Virus record (IMG/VR): IMGVR_UViG_3300046532_001353
Coordinates: 1-59,069 of that record
Direction: 5' to 3' (one strand)
DNA: 59,069 nucleotides
Source: a virus
Taxonomy: Duplodnaviria; Caudoviricetes
Positions 26,618-36,778 of the stretch are shown here, piece after piece. How positions within the stretch are numbered: position 1 is the first letter of the stretch; the number at the start of each line of letters is the position of its first letter. Position numbers and translations under genes: made by a program. The notes under the pieces were generated by a model. It had not been told where the DNA came from, searched no databases, and worked only from the letters and a program-made list of their open reading frames with translations.

Positions 26618-29600
26618 ATGGCAACAATATTTAAGATAAGAAGAGATACGGCGAGTAACTGGTCAACTAATAACCCAACCCTTGCACAAGGAGAAATGGG
26701 TCTTGACCTTACAAACAACTTTATTAAAATGGGTGATGGTTCCACTGCATGGAACGGGCTAGGCCAATTCACTCAAAATATTGAGAACGTAGAAGACTTA
26801 GTAGGTGCAATGGTCACCTCAAATACTGAGACATTTATATCAGTAACCTATGATGATTCAGACGGGTCATTAGACTTCGTTGTTCCTGTATTAGATGAGG
26901 ATAACCTAGCATCAGATTCAGTAGGTCACCTAGCTACACAACAAAGTATTAAAGCATATGTTGATGCAACTGCAGCAGCATTAGATACCGCACAGGATCT
27001 TGACTTCCAAGGTGATAGTGGCGGTGCATTAAGTATTGACCTTGATGCTGAGGTATTAGATATTGCTGGTGGAACAGGTATTGATACCGTTGGTTCAAGT
27101 AATACTCTTACAGTAGCTATTGACAGTACGGTTACTACATTAACAGGTTCACAAACTCTTACAAACAAATCTTTAACAAGTCCTGCCGTAACAGGCAATG
27201 TATCAGGTGATGCATTCCTTGATGAAGATAACATGGCGAGTAACTCGTCAACTAAATTAGCATCTCAACAAAGTATTAAAGCTTATGTAGATGCATCGGT
27301 CACGGCTCAAGACTTAGACTTCATTGCTGATTCAGGTGGTGCACTAAGTATTGATCTAGATTCAGAGTCATTAACAATCGCAGGTGGCACAGGTATTACC
27401 TCGGTAGGTAGTGGTAATGGTGTTACATTAAACATTGACTCAACAGTAGCAACATTAACTGGTACACAAACAATGAGTGCTAAGACACTTACCTCTCCTG
27501 TTATTAATACAGGTGTGAGTGGTTCAGCTATATTAGATAGTGATACAATGTCAGGTACAAGTGCTACTACTCTTGCTTCATCAGAATCTATTAAAGCATA
27601 TGTTGATTCACAAGTCACAGCACAAGACCTAGACTTCCAAGGCGATAGTGGCGGTGCATTAGCAATCGATTTAGATAGTGAGTCACTAACAATTGCAGGC
27701 GGTACTGGTATTACAACAGTGGGTTCAAGTAATACGGTCACAGCTTCTATAGATGCTACGGTTGCTACCCTTGCTGATACACAAACATTTACTAATAAGA
27801 CACTCACAAGTCCTACAGTTACTTCAGCAGTATTAAACACAAGTGTAAGTGGTAGTGCTTTCCTTGATGAAGATAACATGGCAAGCAACAGTGCTACTAA
27901 GTTAGCATCACAACAATCTATTAAAGCTTATGTTGATGCCCAAGTAGATACAGAAGACACCCTTGCTGAATTAGATGATATAACTATTACATCCGCAGCT
28001 GATGGTTCCCTATTACTTTATGATACTGGCAATTCAGTTTGGATTGACAATGTCATGTCAGGTGATGCTACACTAGCAGACACCGGTGTAATAACTTTTG
28101 CTACGGTTAACTCTGATGTTGGCCAGGCTGGTAGCGCAACAGCTATCCCAATTGTTACAGTTAATGCTAAGGGATTAGTTACTGCGGTAAGTACTGCAAG
28201 CATTGTAACTCAATTAACGGTTGGAGCAGATACAGGTTCTAATGATGCAGTAGCATTAGCAAGTGATGTATTAGATTTTACTGGTGGCACAGGTATAGAC
28301 ACTACAGTTTCTGATAATGATATCTCAATTGCTATAGACTCTACAGTAGCTACACTAGCAGGTACACAAACATTCACGAACAAAACATTAACCACTCCTA
28401 CAATAACGAGTGCAACCCTCAACACAGGTGTAAGTGGTTCAGCATTCTTAGATGAAGATAACATGGCATCTGATTCTGCTACTAAGTTAGCATCACAGCA
28501 ATCAATCAAAGCATATGTAGATGCTACAGTAACTGCACAAGACTTAGACATTGCTGGTGACTCTGGTACAGGAGCTATTGATTTAGATTCTGAATCATTG
28601 ACAATAGCAGGTACAGCAAATGAAATTGAAACATCTATGTCAGGTAATACTCTTACAGTTGGATTACCTACTAACGTTACCATTGCAGGTAACCTAACAG
28701 TTTCAGGAACTCAAACAACAGTATCCTCAACCACAGTAACAGTTGCAGATCCAATGCTTTCATTGGCTACAAACAATGGTTCTGCAGATGCAGTTGACAT
28801 AGGTTTATATGGCTTGTATGATACGAGCGGGTCACAAGATTTATATGGTGGTATCTTTAGAGATGCATCAGATTCAGGTAAGTGGAAACTATATAAGGAT
28901 TCACAATCCGAACCAACTACTACAGTTAATGTAGGTGCTACTGGCCATGCGGTTGGTACATTGGTTGCTAACCTTGAAGGTAATGTAACAGGAAATGTAA
29001 TAGGTAACCTTACAGGTAATGTAACGGGTAATACATCAGGCACGGCCTTAACAGTTACACAAGCAGCTCAGCCAGCTATCACTTCAACGGGTACTCTTAC
29101 AGCATTACAAGTTGATAACATAAACATTAATGGAAATACTATTTCAACTACTGGCGGTACCGATTTAAATATTGGCCCAGTGGCTGGACAACAAATTGTA
29201 TTAGACGGTACGATTGAAATTGACGGGGGAGTAGTTACAGGTGCTACAAGCATTACATCAACAAACTTTGTTGGTGACTTAACCGGCTCAGTAACAGGAG
29301 CATCAAGCTTAAACTTACTGAAGTCCGGCGGAGCTATGACTGGCGCTATAACTACCAGTAGTACCTTCGACGGACGAGATGTTGGAACAGATGGAACAAA
29401 ACTAGATACCATAGAAACAAATGCTGATGTAACAGATGCAACAAATGTTAATGCTGCTGGTGCTCTTATGTTATCAGATACTACAACTGCTGGTTTAGGA
29501 ATTGTAATTGATGAAGATGATTTATCATCTGACTTAGCTACTAAGGTACCTACCCAACAAAGTGTTAAAGCTTATGTAGACTCTCAAGTCACGGCACAAG

Positions 29601-31525
29601 ATTTAGATTTAACAACAGACTCTGGTACAATAGCTATTGATTTAGATTCTGAAACATTATCTATCTTAGGTGGTACAGGATTAAGTTCATCTGCTACAGG
29701 TAATGCAGCAACGATTTCAATTGATAGTACAGTTACTACATTAACAGGTTCACAAACATTAACTAATAAAACATTAACAGCTCCTACATTAACTTCACCA
29801 GTATTTAATACTGGCGTTAGTGGTTCAGCAATTAAAGATGAAGATAACATGGCTTCTAATAGTGCTACTCATCTTGCTACTCAACAAAGTATTAAAGCTT
29901 ATGTTGATGGTCAAACAACTGATGAGACTGCAGAGGGTTCAAGTAATTTATACTTTACAAGCGAAAGAGTTGATGATAGAGTCAATGCATTAATTGTTGG
30001 TGGTACAAACGTAACTGCCACATATAATGATGCTTCTAATACATTAACAATATCTGCTGCCGAAGGAGCTAGTGGTTATAATCTAACCTCTAACGATACA
30101 GATGACTTATCAGAAGGTTCATCTAACTTATACTTCACTAATTCAAGAGCTGATGCAAGAATAGTAAATGCACTGAAAGATGAAGACAACATGGCATCTA
30201 ATAGTGCTACACATGCACCATCTCAACAAAGTGTTAAAGCTTATGTTGATGATCAGATCGGTGCAGAGAATACATTAGCAGAAGACAATGATGTTAACAT
30301 TACATCAGCAGCTGATGGTTCATTACTATTGTATGACACTGGAACAGCTAAGTGGATTGATAATGTTATGTCAGGTGATGCTACCTTAGCAGACACTGGT
30401 GTAGTCACATTAGCTACAGTTAATTCAAACACAGGTTCAATTGGTTCATCAACAGCTATTCCAGTTATCACAACTAATGCTAAGGGTCTTGTCACGGCAG
30501 TAAGCACTGCCTCAATCACAACAGCCTTATCGGTTGGTGCTGATTCAGGAACTAATGATTCAGTTGCTCTTGCCAGTGATGTATTAGATTTCACAGGTGG
30601 AACAGGTATTGATACAACGGTATCTAATAATGATATATCGATTGCTATAGACTCTACTGTTGCTACACTCACAGGAACACAGACATTAACTAATAAGACA
30701 ATCAACTCACCAGTATTAAATACAGCTGTTACTGGTTCAGCTATATTAGATGAAGACTCTATGAGTTCAAATTCTAATACTAAGTTAGCAACTCAACAAA
30801 GTATTAAAGCATATGTTGATGGATCTATTACTACTCTCATTGGCGGTGCACCTAGTACATTAAATGATCTTAATGAATTAGCTGCGGCGATTAATGATGA
30901 TAGTAATTATAACACAACATTAGTTACTGCATTAGCAACTAAGCTACCACTAGCTGGTGGTGCTATGACAGGAGCTATTACAACTAACTCAACCTTTGAC
31001 GGTGTTGATGTTGGAGTAAGAGATGGTGTATTAACCACAACAACGAATACTGCTAACGCTGCCTTACCTAAATCAGGTGGAGCAATGACAGGTGCCATCA
31101 CAACCAATAGTCTTATTGATGGAAGGAACCTCTTCCAAGATGGAAATAAATTAGATGCTATTGAAGCATCGGCTGATGTCACAGATGCTACGAATGTAGA
31201 AGCTGCTGGCGCAGTAATGGAATCAGGTAATACTGGTGCCGCGAAAATTCCTGCTGGAACAACTGCACAAAGAGATGCTTCTCCAAGTGTTGGTTACTTC
31301 AGATGGAACACAACTATTCCAAGGGCTGAGATATATGACGGCACAGAGTGGAGTTTAGTTGGTGGTGGAAACACTACTAAGAAAGCGTTATGGGAACACA
31401 GTTACACCGTTGCAGAGAATTATGAAATGACCTCTGGTAACAATGCGTTAACTGCCGGACCTATAACGATCAATTCAGGTTTCTCAGTTACGGTCCCTAG
31501 TGGATCTACCTGGGCAATCGTTTAA
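26618..31525 (+). CDS. Long modular fibre protein with an Mtd_N-like N-terminus
   Basis: IRRDTASNWSTNNPTLAQGEMG N-terminus; nine DEDNMAS...QQSIKAYVD repeats; QTLTNKTLTSP motifs; C-terminal IPAGTTAQR and AGPITI..G.SVTVPSGSTWAIV. Confidence 0.8.
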   Translation: MATIFKIRRDTASNWSTNNPTLAQGEMGLDLTNNFIKMGDGSTAWNGLGQFTQNIENVEDLVGAMVTSNTETFISVTYDDSDGSLDFVVPVLDEDNLASDSVGHLATQQSIKAYVDATAAALDTAQDLDFQGDSGGALSIDLDAEVLDIAGGTGIDTVGSSNTLTVAIDSTVTTLTGSQTLTNKSLTSPAVTGNVSGDAFLDEDNMASNSSTKLASQQSIKAYVDASVTAQDLDFIADSGGALSIDLDSESLTIAGGTGITSVGSGNGVTLNIDSTVATLTGTQTMSAKTLTSPVINTGVSGSAILDSDTMSGTSATTLASSESIKAYVDSQVTAQDLDFQGDSGGALAIDLDSESLTIAGGTGITTVGSSNTVTASIDATVATLADTQTFTNKTLTSPTVTSAVLNTSVSGSAFLDEDNMASNSATKLASQQSIKAYVDAQVDTEDTLAELDDITITSAADGSLLLYDTGNSVWIDNVMSGDATLADTGVITFATVNSDVGQAGSATAIPIVTVNAKGLVTAVSTASIVTQLTVGADTGSNDAVALASDVLDFTGGTGIDTTVSDNDISIAIDSTVATLAGTQTFTNKTLTTPTITSATLNTGVSGSAFLDEDNMASDSATKLASQQSIKAYVDATVTAQDLDIAGDSGTGAIDLDSESLTIAGTANEIETSMSGNTLTVGLPTNVTIAGNLTVSGTQTTVSSTTVTVADPMLSLATNNGSADAVDIGLYGLYDTSGSQDLYGGIFRDASDSGKWKLYKDSQSEPTTTVNVGATGHAVGTLVANLEGNVTGNVIGNLTGNVTGNTSGTALTVTQAAQPAITSTGTLTALQVDNININGNTISTTGGTDLNIGPVAGQQIVLDGTIEIDGGVVTGATSITSTNFVGDLTGSVTGASSLNLLKSGGAMTGAITTSSTFDGRDVGTDGTKLDTIETNADVTDATNVNAAGALMLSDTTTAGLGIVIDEDDLSSDLATKVPTQQSVKAYVDSQVTAQDLDLTTDSGTIAIDLDSETLSILGGTGLSSSATGNAATISIDSTVTTLTGSQTLTNKTLTAPTLTSPVFNTGVSGSAIKDEDNMASNSATHLATQQSIKAYVDGQTTDETAEGSSNLYFTSERVDDRVNALIVGGTNVTATYNDASNTLTISAAEGASGYNLTSNDTDDLSEGSSNLYFTNSRADARIVNALKDEDNMASNSATHAPSQQSVKAYVDDQIGAENTLAEDNDVNITSAADGSLLLYDTGTAKWIDNVMSGDATLADTGVVTLATVNSNTGSIGSSTAIPVITTNAKGLVTAVSTASITTALSVGADSGTNDSVALASDVLDFTGGTGIDTTVSNNDISIAIDSTVATLTGTQTLTNKTINSPVLNTAVTGSAILDEDSMSSNSNTKLATQQSIKAYVDGSITTLIGGAPSTLNDLNELAAAINDDSNYNTTLVTALATKLPLAGGAMTGAITTNSTFDGVDVGVRDGVLTTTTNTANAALPKSGGAMTGAITTNSLIDGRNLFQDGNKLDAIEASADVTDATNVEAAGAVMESGNTGAAKIPAGTTAQRDASPSVGYFRWNTTIPRAEIYDGTEWSLVGGGNTTKKALWEHSYTVAENYEMTSGNNALTAGPITINSGFSVTVPSGSTWAIV

Positions 31526-31543
31526 TAATATTTAGGAGACGAA

Positions 31544-34500
31544 ATGTCAAAATTAAAACTACAGGGTGATGCAGGCGGAACTGGTATATTTACTATCGCT
31601 TCTCCTAATTCAAATACTGATAGAACAATAACTCTACCGGATGATGCCGGTACAATCTTAACAGCAGCACAAACAAGTTCAGCGGGATATGCTTTTGTTG
31701 TAGATGAAGATAACATGGCAAGTAACCTTGCTACTAAAGTACCTACACAGCAAAGTGTTAAAGCTTATGTTGATGCTCAAATAGCTAGTGAGAATACACT
31801 TGCCGAAGATAACGATGTTAACATTACATCTGCGGCAGATGGTTCATTACTATTATATGATACAGGTACATCAACATGGATCGACAATGTAATGAGTGGT
31901 GATGCTACGATGACAGATGGTGGTGTTATAACTATAGCAGCCGGTGCAATTGATACAGCAATGATTGCAGCAGATAATATTGTTGGTTCAATCATAGCAG
32001 ATAACACAATCGATTCAGAACACTATGCAGCAGGCAGTATTGATTTAGAACATATGAGTGCCAACTCAGTTGATTCCGACAACTACGTTGATGGCTCTAT
32101 TGATACAGCTCACTTCGCAGCAGGTTCTGTTGATGAAGCAGCAATGGGTGCTAACTCAGTAAACTCTGCTGAACTAATAGATGGAAGCGTAGACCTATCT
32201 CATATGAGTGTAAACTCAATTGATAGTGATCAATACGTTGATGGATCTATTGACACTGCTCATATTGCAACTTCACAGATTACAAATGCTCTTATGGCAG
32301 ATGATGCTATTGACTCAGCAGAGATTGCTGATGGTGCTATTGATACAGTACATATTGCAGCAGATCAAATTACTTCAGCATTGATTGCTGATGATCAAAT
32401 TGATAGTGAACATATAGTTGATGGATCAGTTGACCTAGCTCATATGAGTGTTAACAGTATTGATTCAGATCAATATGTTGATGGTTCAATTGACACAGCC
32501 CACTTTGCGGCAGGTGTAGTAGATGCAGCGGCGATGGGTGCTAACTCAGTTGACTCATCAGAATTAGTTGATGGATCAGTTGACTTATCTCATATGTCAG
32601 CTAACTCAGTAGACAGTGACCAATACGTTGATGGTTCAGTGGACAATGTTCATATGGCTAACTCAAGTGTTACAGTAAGTGATGGTTCAAACACATCACC
32701 TATTGCTCTTGGTGGTACATTAACTTTTGCTGGAACTACTAATGAAACTACAGTTGCTGAGAATGCAGGAACAATCACGGTCGGCTTACCAGACAATGTA
32801 ACAATTGCAGGTAACCTAACAGTCAGTGGTACAACAACAAGTGTATCTTCAACTACAATTACAGTTGCTGATCCATTAGTTGCTCTAGCCACAAACAACA
32901 ATGCAGCTGATGCAGTTGATATTGGTATCTATGGTTTGTATGATACATCAGGTTCACAAGACTTATATAGTGGTTTATTCAGAGATGCTTCTGATTCAGG
33001 TAAATGGAAAATCTTTAAAGACAATCAAGCCGAGCCTACTACAACAGTTAATGTTGGTGGTGCTGGTTATGCAACTGGTACTTTAGTTGCTAACTTAGAA
33101 GGTAATGTTACAGGCGCCTTAACAGGTAATGCTGATACTACAACTGCTTTTGCAACTGCAAGAACGATTGCTCAAACAGGTGATGTAGTCTGGTCATCAG
33201 GAAGTTTTGATGGAACAGCTAATGTAACTGCGGTTGCAACTATTCAAGCTAACGCGGTTGATAGTGCAGAGATTGCAAGTGGTGCTATTGACTTAGCTCA
33301 TATGTCAGTTAACTCAATTGACTCTGATCAATACGTTGATGGTTCAATTGATACTGCTCACATTGCTAATGATCAAATCACTGCAGCGTTAATGGCAGAC
33401 AATAGTATTAATTCTGATATGTATGTTGATGGTTCAATTGATACTGCTCACATTGCAGCAGATCAGATTACATCAGCTCTAATTGCAGATGACCAAATTG
33501 ATTCAGAACATTATGTTGATGGATCTATTGACACTGCTCACATAGCGATAGACCAAATCACAAATGCGTTAATGGCAGATGATGCTATTGACTCTGCTCA
33601 AATAGCAGATGGTTCTATTGATACAGTTCATATAGCAGCTGATAATATTACATCAGCATTGATTGCAGATGATCAGATTGATTCAGAACATATAGTTGAT
33701 GGTTCAATAGACTTAGCACATATGAGTGTTAACTCTATAGATTCAGACCAGTATGTTGATGGTTCAATTGACTTAGCTCATATGTCAGTTAACTCGGTTG
33801 ATTCAGATCAGTATGTTGATGGATCAGTAGATAATGTTCATATGGCTAACTCAAGCATTACTGTTACTGATGGTTCAAACTCTACAGCTATGGCACTTGG
33901 TACTACAGTTACTTTTGCTGGTACTTCAAATGAAATTGAAGTAGGTGAAAGTTCAGGAACAATCACAGTTGGTTTACCAGACAATGTAACCATTGCAGGT
34001 AACTTAACAGTTAGTGGTACAACAACAAGTTTATCCTCAACAACAATCGAAGTTGCTGATCCATTAATTGAATTAGCTACAAATAATAATGCAGCTGATG
34101 CAGTTGATATCGGTGTCTATGGTTTATATGATACAAGTGGTTCACAAGATTTATACTCTGGTTTATTCAGAGATGCTTCAGACTCAGGTAAGTGGAAACT
34201 ATTTAAAGATAATCAAGCACAACCTACTACAACGGTTAACACTGCTGGTGCAGGCTATGCAGTTGGTACCTTAGTTGCAAATGTTGAAGGTGCTGTAACA
34301 GGTAACTCTACTACAGCAACTGCCTTAGCAACTGGTAGAACAATTGCTCAAACCGGAGATGTGGTTTGGAGTTCAGGAAGTTTTGATGGTTCAGCTAATG
34401 TAACAGCAGTTGCAACTATTCAAGCTAATGCAGTGGACTCAGCAGAGATTACAAGTGGTGCTATTGACTTGGCTCATATGAGTGTAAACTCTATTGACTC

Positions 34501-35794
34501 TGATCAATATGTAGATGGTTCAATTGATACAATTCATATTGCTGCAGATCAAATTACAAATGCATTAATTGCAGATGATCAAATTGATTCAGAACATTAT
34601 GTTGATGCTTCAATTGATACTGCTCATATTGCTGATGATCAAGTAACTGCAGCTAAGTTAGCTAACTCGATTAATACTGATATAGCTACTGGTGTAGCTG
34701 CCTTGCCTAAAGCAGGTGGAGCAATGACAGGAGCCATTACAACTAACTCAACCTTTGATGGAGTTGATATTGCTACAAGGGATGGAGTACTAACAAGTAC
34801 AACTACTACTGCTAATGCAGCATTACCTAAAGCTGGTGGTGCAATGACAGGAGCCATTACAACTAACTCAACCTTTGATGGAAGAGATGTTGCTACTGAT
34901 GGTACTAAGTTAGATGGTATTGAAGCAAGTGCTACAGCTGATCAAACTAAGTCTGATATAGAAGGTCTTGGTATTGATGTACCAGCGGCTAACCTTACTG
35001 GAACAGTTGCAGCGGCTAGATTAGATACAGCAACAACAACAGCTGAAAGTGATGATAGTACTAAGATAGCAACAACAGCTTATGTTACAGATAAGATTAC
35101 TACCCTCATTGGTGGTGCTCCAAGTACATTGAATGATTTGAATGAATTGGCAGCAGCGATTAATGATGATGCTTCTTACAACACTACATTAACTACAGCG
35201 TTAGCTACTAAGCTTCCTAAAGCTGGTGGTGCTATGACAGGTGCCATTACTACTAACTCCACATTTGATGGAAGGGATGTAGGAACAGATGGTACTAAGT
35301 TAGATACAATAGAAACTAATGCTACGGCTGATCAAACAGCAGCACAAATCAAAACCCATTTAGAGAATGGAATTGATAGTGTTCATTATGTTGATGGAAG
35401 TATTGATCATGTTCACCTAGCTAATGATATTATTGATGGAGATAACATTGGTGATAATGTTATTAACAGCGAACACATAGCAGCAGATTCAATTGATGCA
35501 GAACACTTAGCACCTAACAGTGTTAATAGTGATGCTTACATTGATAACAGTATTCTTGCAATACACCTTGTTTCAAATGCAGTAACAACTGTTAAAATTC
35601 TAGATGATAATGTAACTGGAGCTAAGATAGCTGATGATGCAATTGACTCAAACCACTATGCTGCAGACTCTATTGATGAAGAGCATATTGCAAATGATGC
35701 AGTAGGTTCAGCAGAATTAAAATCATTAGCAACACTATTGATTATTAACTCGGCTGGAACAACTGTTGCAACATATCATTGTGCTGGAGCTTAA
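31544..35794 (+). CDS. Long modular fibre protein with 10-residue acidic/His repeats
   Basis: Dozens of SIDTAHIAAD/QIDSEHYVDG/SIDSDQYVDG decamers, a large internal duplication, and modules shared with the upstream fibre gene. Confidence 0.8.
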   Translation: MSKLKLQGDAGGTGIFTIASPNSNTDRTITLPDDAGTILTAAQTSSAGYAFVVDEDNMASNLATKVPTQQSVKAYVDAQIASENTLAEDNDVNITSAADGSLLLYDTGTSTWIDNVMSGDATMTDGGVITIAAGAIDTAMIAADNIVGSIIADNTIDSEHYAAGSIDLEHMSANSVDSDNYVDGSIDTAHFAAGSVDEAAMGANSVNSAELIDGSVDLSHMSVNSIDSDQYVDGSIDTAHIATSQITNALMADDAIDSAEIADGAIDTVHIAADQITSALIADDQIDSEHIVDGSVDLAHMSVNSIDSDQYVDGSIDTAHFAAGVVDAAAMGANSVDSSELVDGSVDLSHMSANSVDSDQYVDGSVDNVHMANSSVTVSDGSNTSPIALGGTLTFAGTTNETTVAENAGTITVGLPDNVTIAGNLTVSGTTTSVSSTTITVADPLVALATNNNAADAVDIGIYGLYDTSGSQDLYSGLFRDASDSGKWKIFKDNQAEPTTTVNVGGAGYATGTLVANLEGNVTGALTGNADTTTAFATARTIAQTGDVVWSSGSFDGTANVTAVATIQANAVDSAEIASGAIDLAHMSVNSIDSDQYVDGSIDTAHIANDQITAALMADNSINSDMYVDGSIDTAHIAADQITSALIADDQIDSEHYVDGSIDTAHIAIDQITNALMADDAIDSAQIADGSIDTVHIAADNITSALIADDQIDSEHIVDGSIDLAHMSVNSIDSDQYVDGSIDLAHMSVNSVDSDQYVDGSVDNVHMANSSITVTDGSNSTAMALGTTVTFAGTSNEIEVGESSGTITVGLPDNVTIAGNLTVSGTTTSLSSTTIEVADPLIELATNNNAADAVDIGVYGLYDTSGSQDLYSGLFRDASDSGKWKLFKDNQAQPTTTVNTAGAGYAVGTLVANVEGAVTGNSTTATALATGRTIAQTGDVVWSSGSFDGSANVTAVATIQANAVDSAEITSGAIDLAHMSVNSIDSDQYVDGSIDTIHIAADQITNALIADDQIDSEHYVDASIDTAHIADDQVTAAKLANSINTDIATGVAALPKAGGAMTGAITTNSTFDGVDIATRDGVLTSTTTTANAALPKAGGAMTGAITTNSTFDGRDVATDGTKLDGIEASATADQTKSDIEGLGIDVPAANLTGTVAAARLDTATTTAESDDSTKIATTAYVTDKITTLIGGAPSTLNDLNELAAAINDDASYNTTLTTALATKLPKAGGAMTGAITTNSTFDGRDVGTDGTKLDTIETNATADQTAAQIKTHLENGIDSVHYVDGSIDHVHLANDIIDGDNIGDNVINSEHIAADSIDAEHLAPNSVNSDAYIDNSILAIHLVSNAVTTVKILDDNVTGAKIADDAIDSNHYAADSIDEEHIANDAVGSAELKSLATLLIINSAGTTVATYHCAGA
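32600..34530 (+). repeat. Internal duplication of a ~250-codon fibre module
   Basis: The block VDNVHMANSS...YDTSGSQDLYSGLFRDASDSGKWK...VATIQANAVDSAEI occurs twice about 1.19 kb apart (~32600-33350 and ~33790-34530), nearly identical in protein. Confidence 0.85.
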
Positions 35795-35803
35795 TATTAA
35801 CAC

Positions 35804-35844
35804 GTCTATTTATACTTTTCCATTTCAGATTAGTATAAATAGAC
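35804..35844. promoter_or_regulatory. 13-bp perfect inverted repeat carrying late-promoter consensus in both arms
   Basis: GTCTATTTATACT (35804-35816) / AGTATAAATAGAC (35832-35844); TATAAATA on + at 35834-35841 and on - at 35807-35814. Confidence 0.8.
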
Positions 35845-35866
35845 TTAACAAAAGGAATAAATAATT

Positions 35867-36778
35867 ATGGCAGCAAGAACACCAATAAAATTAGATGGTT
35901 CAAACCTAAAGGAAATGTCGAGTACCGATTATAATAACATCGTTGCTAGGACAGCTTATCTTTATATGACTGATCCGTCTGTCACATTGTCACAGGTTGG
36001 TTCTAGTGGTTCATTGGATTCTATGAATGATACAAGAACTCAGGCAGGATCAGCTACAACACATGCGAGTAGCTTTCGTTCTGCAGGTGATACACCTGAC
36101 GTGAGTACTGTAACAGTTACATATGATAAAATAACTGAAGCAACTGCTTCGTTATCAGCACCAGCTGATACGAACAGTATAAGATTTCCAGTTTGGAATA
36201 ACGGTGGGAATATTCAAGCTATGACTGTACAAGAAATGTATGATACATATGTTAGTGCTGCAACAGATTCTCTTATAGCATCTCAACCATATAAGATTCA
36301 TACATCTACATCATCGCCATCTGGATATACTATTGTTTCTTCAACTGCGGTGTTTACAGATACGATAGCTAATGCTGGAGCATATACAGCAGGTGGTATT
36401 ACTGAAACACAAGATCAACCAACTACTGTAACTAACTATTATCTTCATAGAAACACTGGTTCATCTGTATCATACAGCGCAACACCAATGTATATTGATG
36501 CAAGTCAAAATCTTAAAGAATATACATCTGCAGAGTTTGATGCTATTATGAAAGAAGTAATTAGATACTCTACAGTTAATTCAGGTGATAGCTGTAGACT
36601 AAGATATTATATCGGTGGAGCAGGTACAAACATGGGTTCCGGTATAGTTAATACTAAATTGAATAGTTCAACATACGCTCAACGTGAAGTTGGTGGAGAC
36701 GACTATCGTACACAGGAATTTCCGTCAGGTTCGGCGGCAACAATATCAACATACTATTTAAAAGCGAGGAAATACTAA
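35867..36778 (+). CDS. Hypothetical Ser/Thr-rich virion-associated protein
   Basis: AAGGA SD, late promoter upstream, follows the fibre genes; ends YRTQEFPSG...ISTYYLK. Confidence 0.6.
   Translation: MAARTPIKLDGSNLKEMSSTDYNNIVARTAYLYMTDPSVTLSQVGSSGSLDSMNDTRTQAGSATTHASSFRSAGDTPDVSTVTVTYDKITEATASLSAPADTNSIRFPVWNNGGNIQAMTVQEMYDTYVSAATDSLIASQPYKIHTSTSSPSGYTIVSSTAVFTDTIANAGAYTAGGITETQDQPTTVTNYYLHRNTGSSVSYSATPMYIDASQNLKEYTSAEFDAIMKEVIRYSTVNSGDSCRLRYYIGGAGTNMGSGIVNTKLNSSTYAQREVGGDDYRTQEFPSGSAATISTYYLKARKY

Noticed and set aside
26926-34857. Many 60-190 aa minus-strand ORFs within the fibre genes
   Set aside because: They mirror the repeats of the sense protein and arise from biased codon use.
26618-35794. 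Repeats as a CRISPR array or a DGR template/variable repeat pair
   Set aside because: The repeats are in-frame protein modules with synonymous variation, with no fixed repeat-spacer pattern, no adenine-specific mismatch pattern that I could see, and no cas or reverse transcriptase gene in the window, despite the Mtd_N-like domain.
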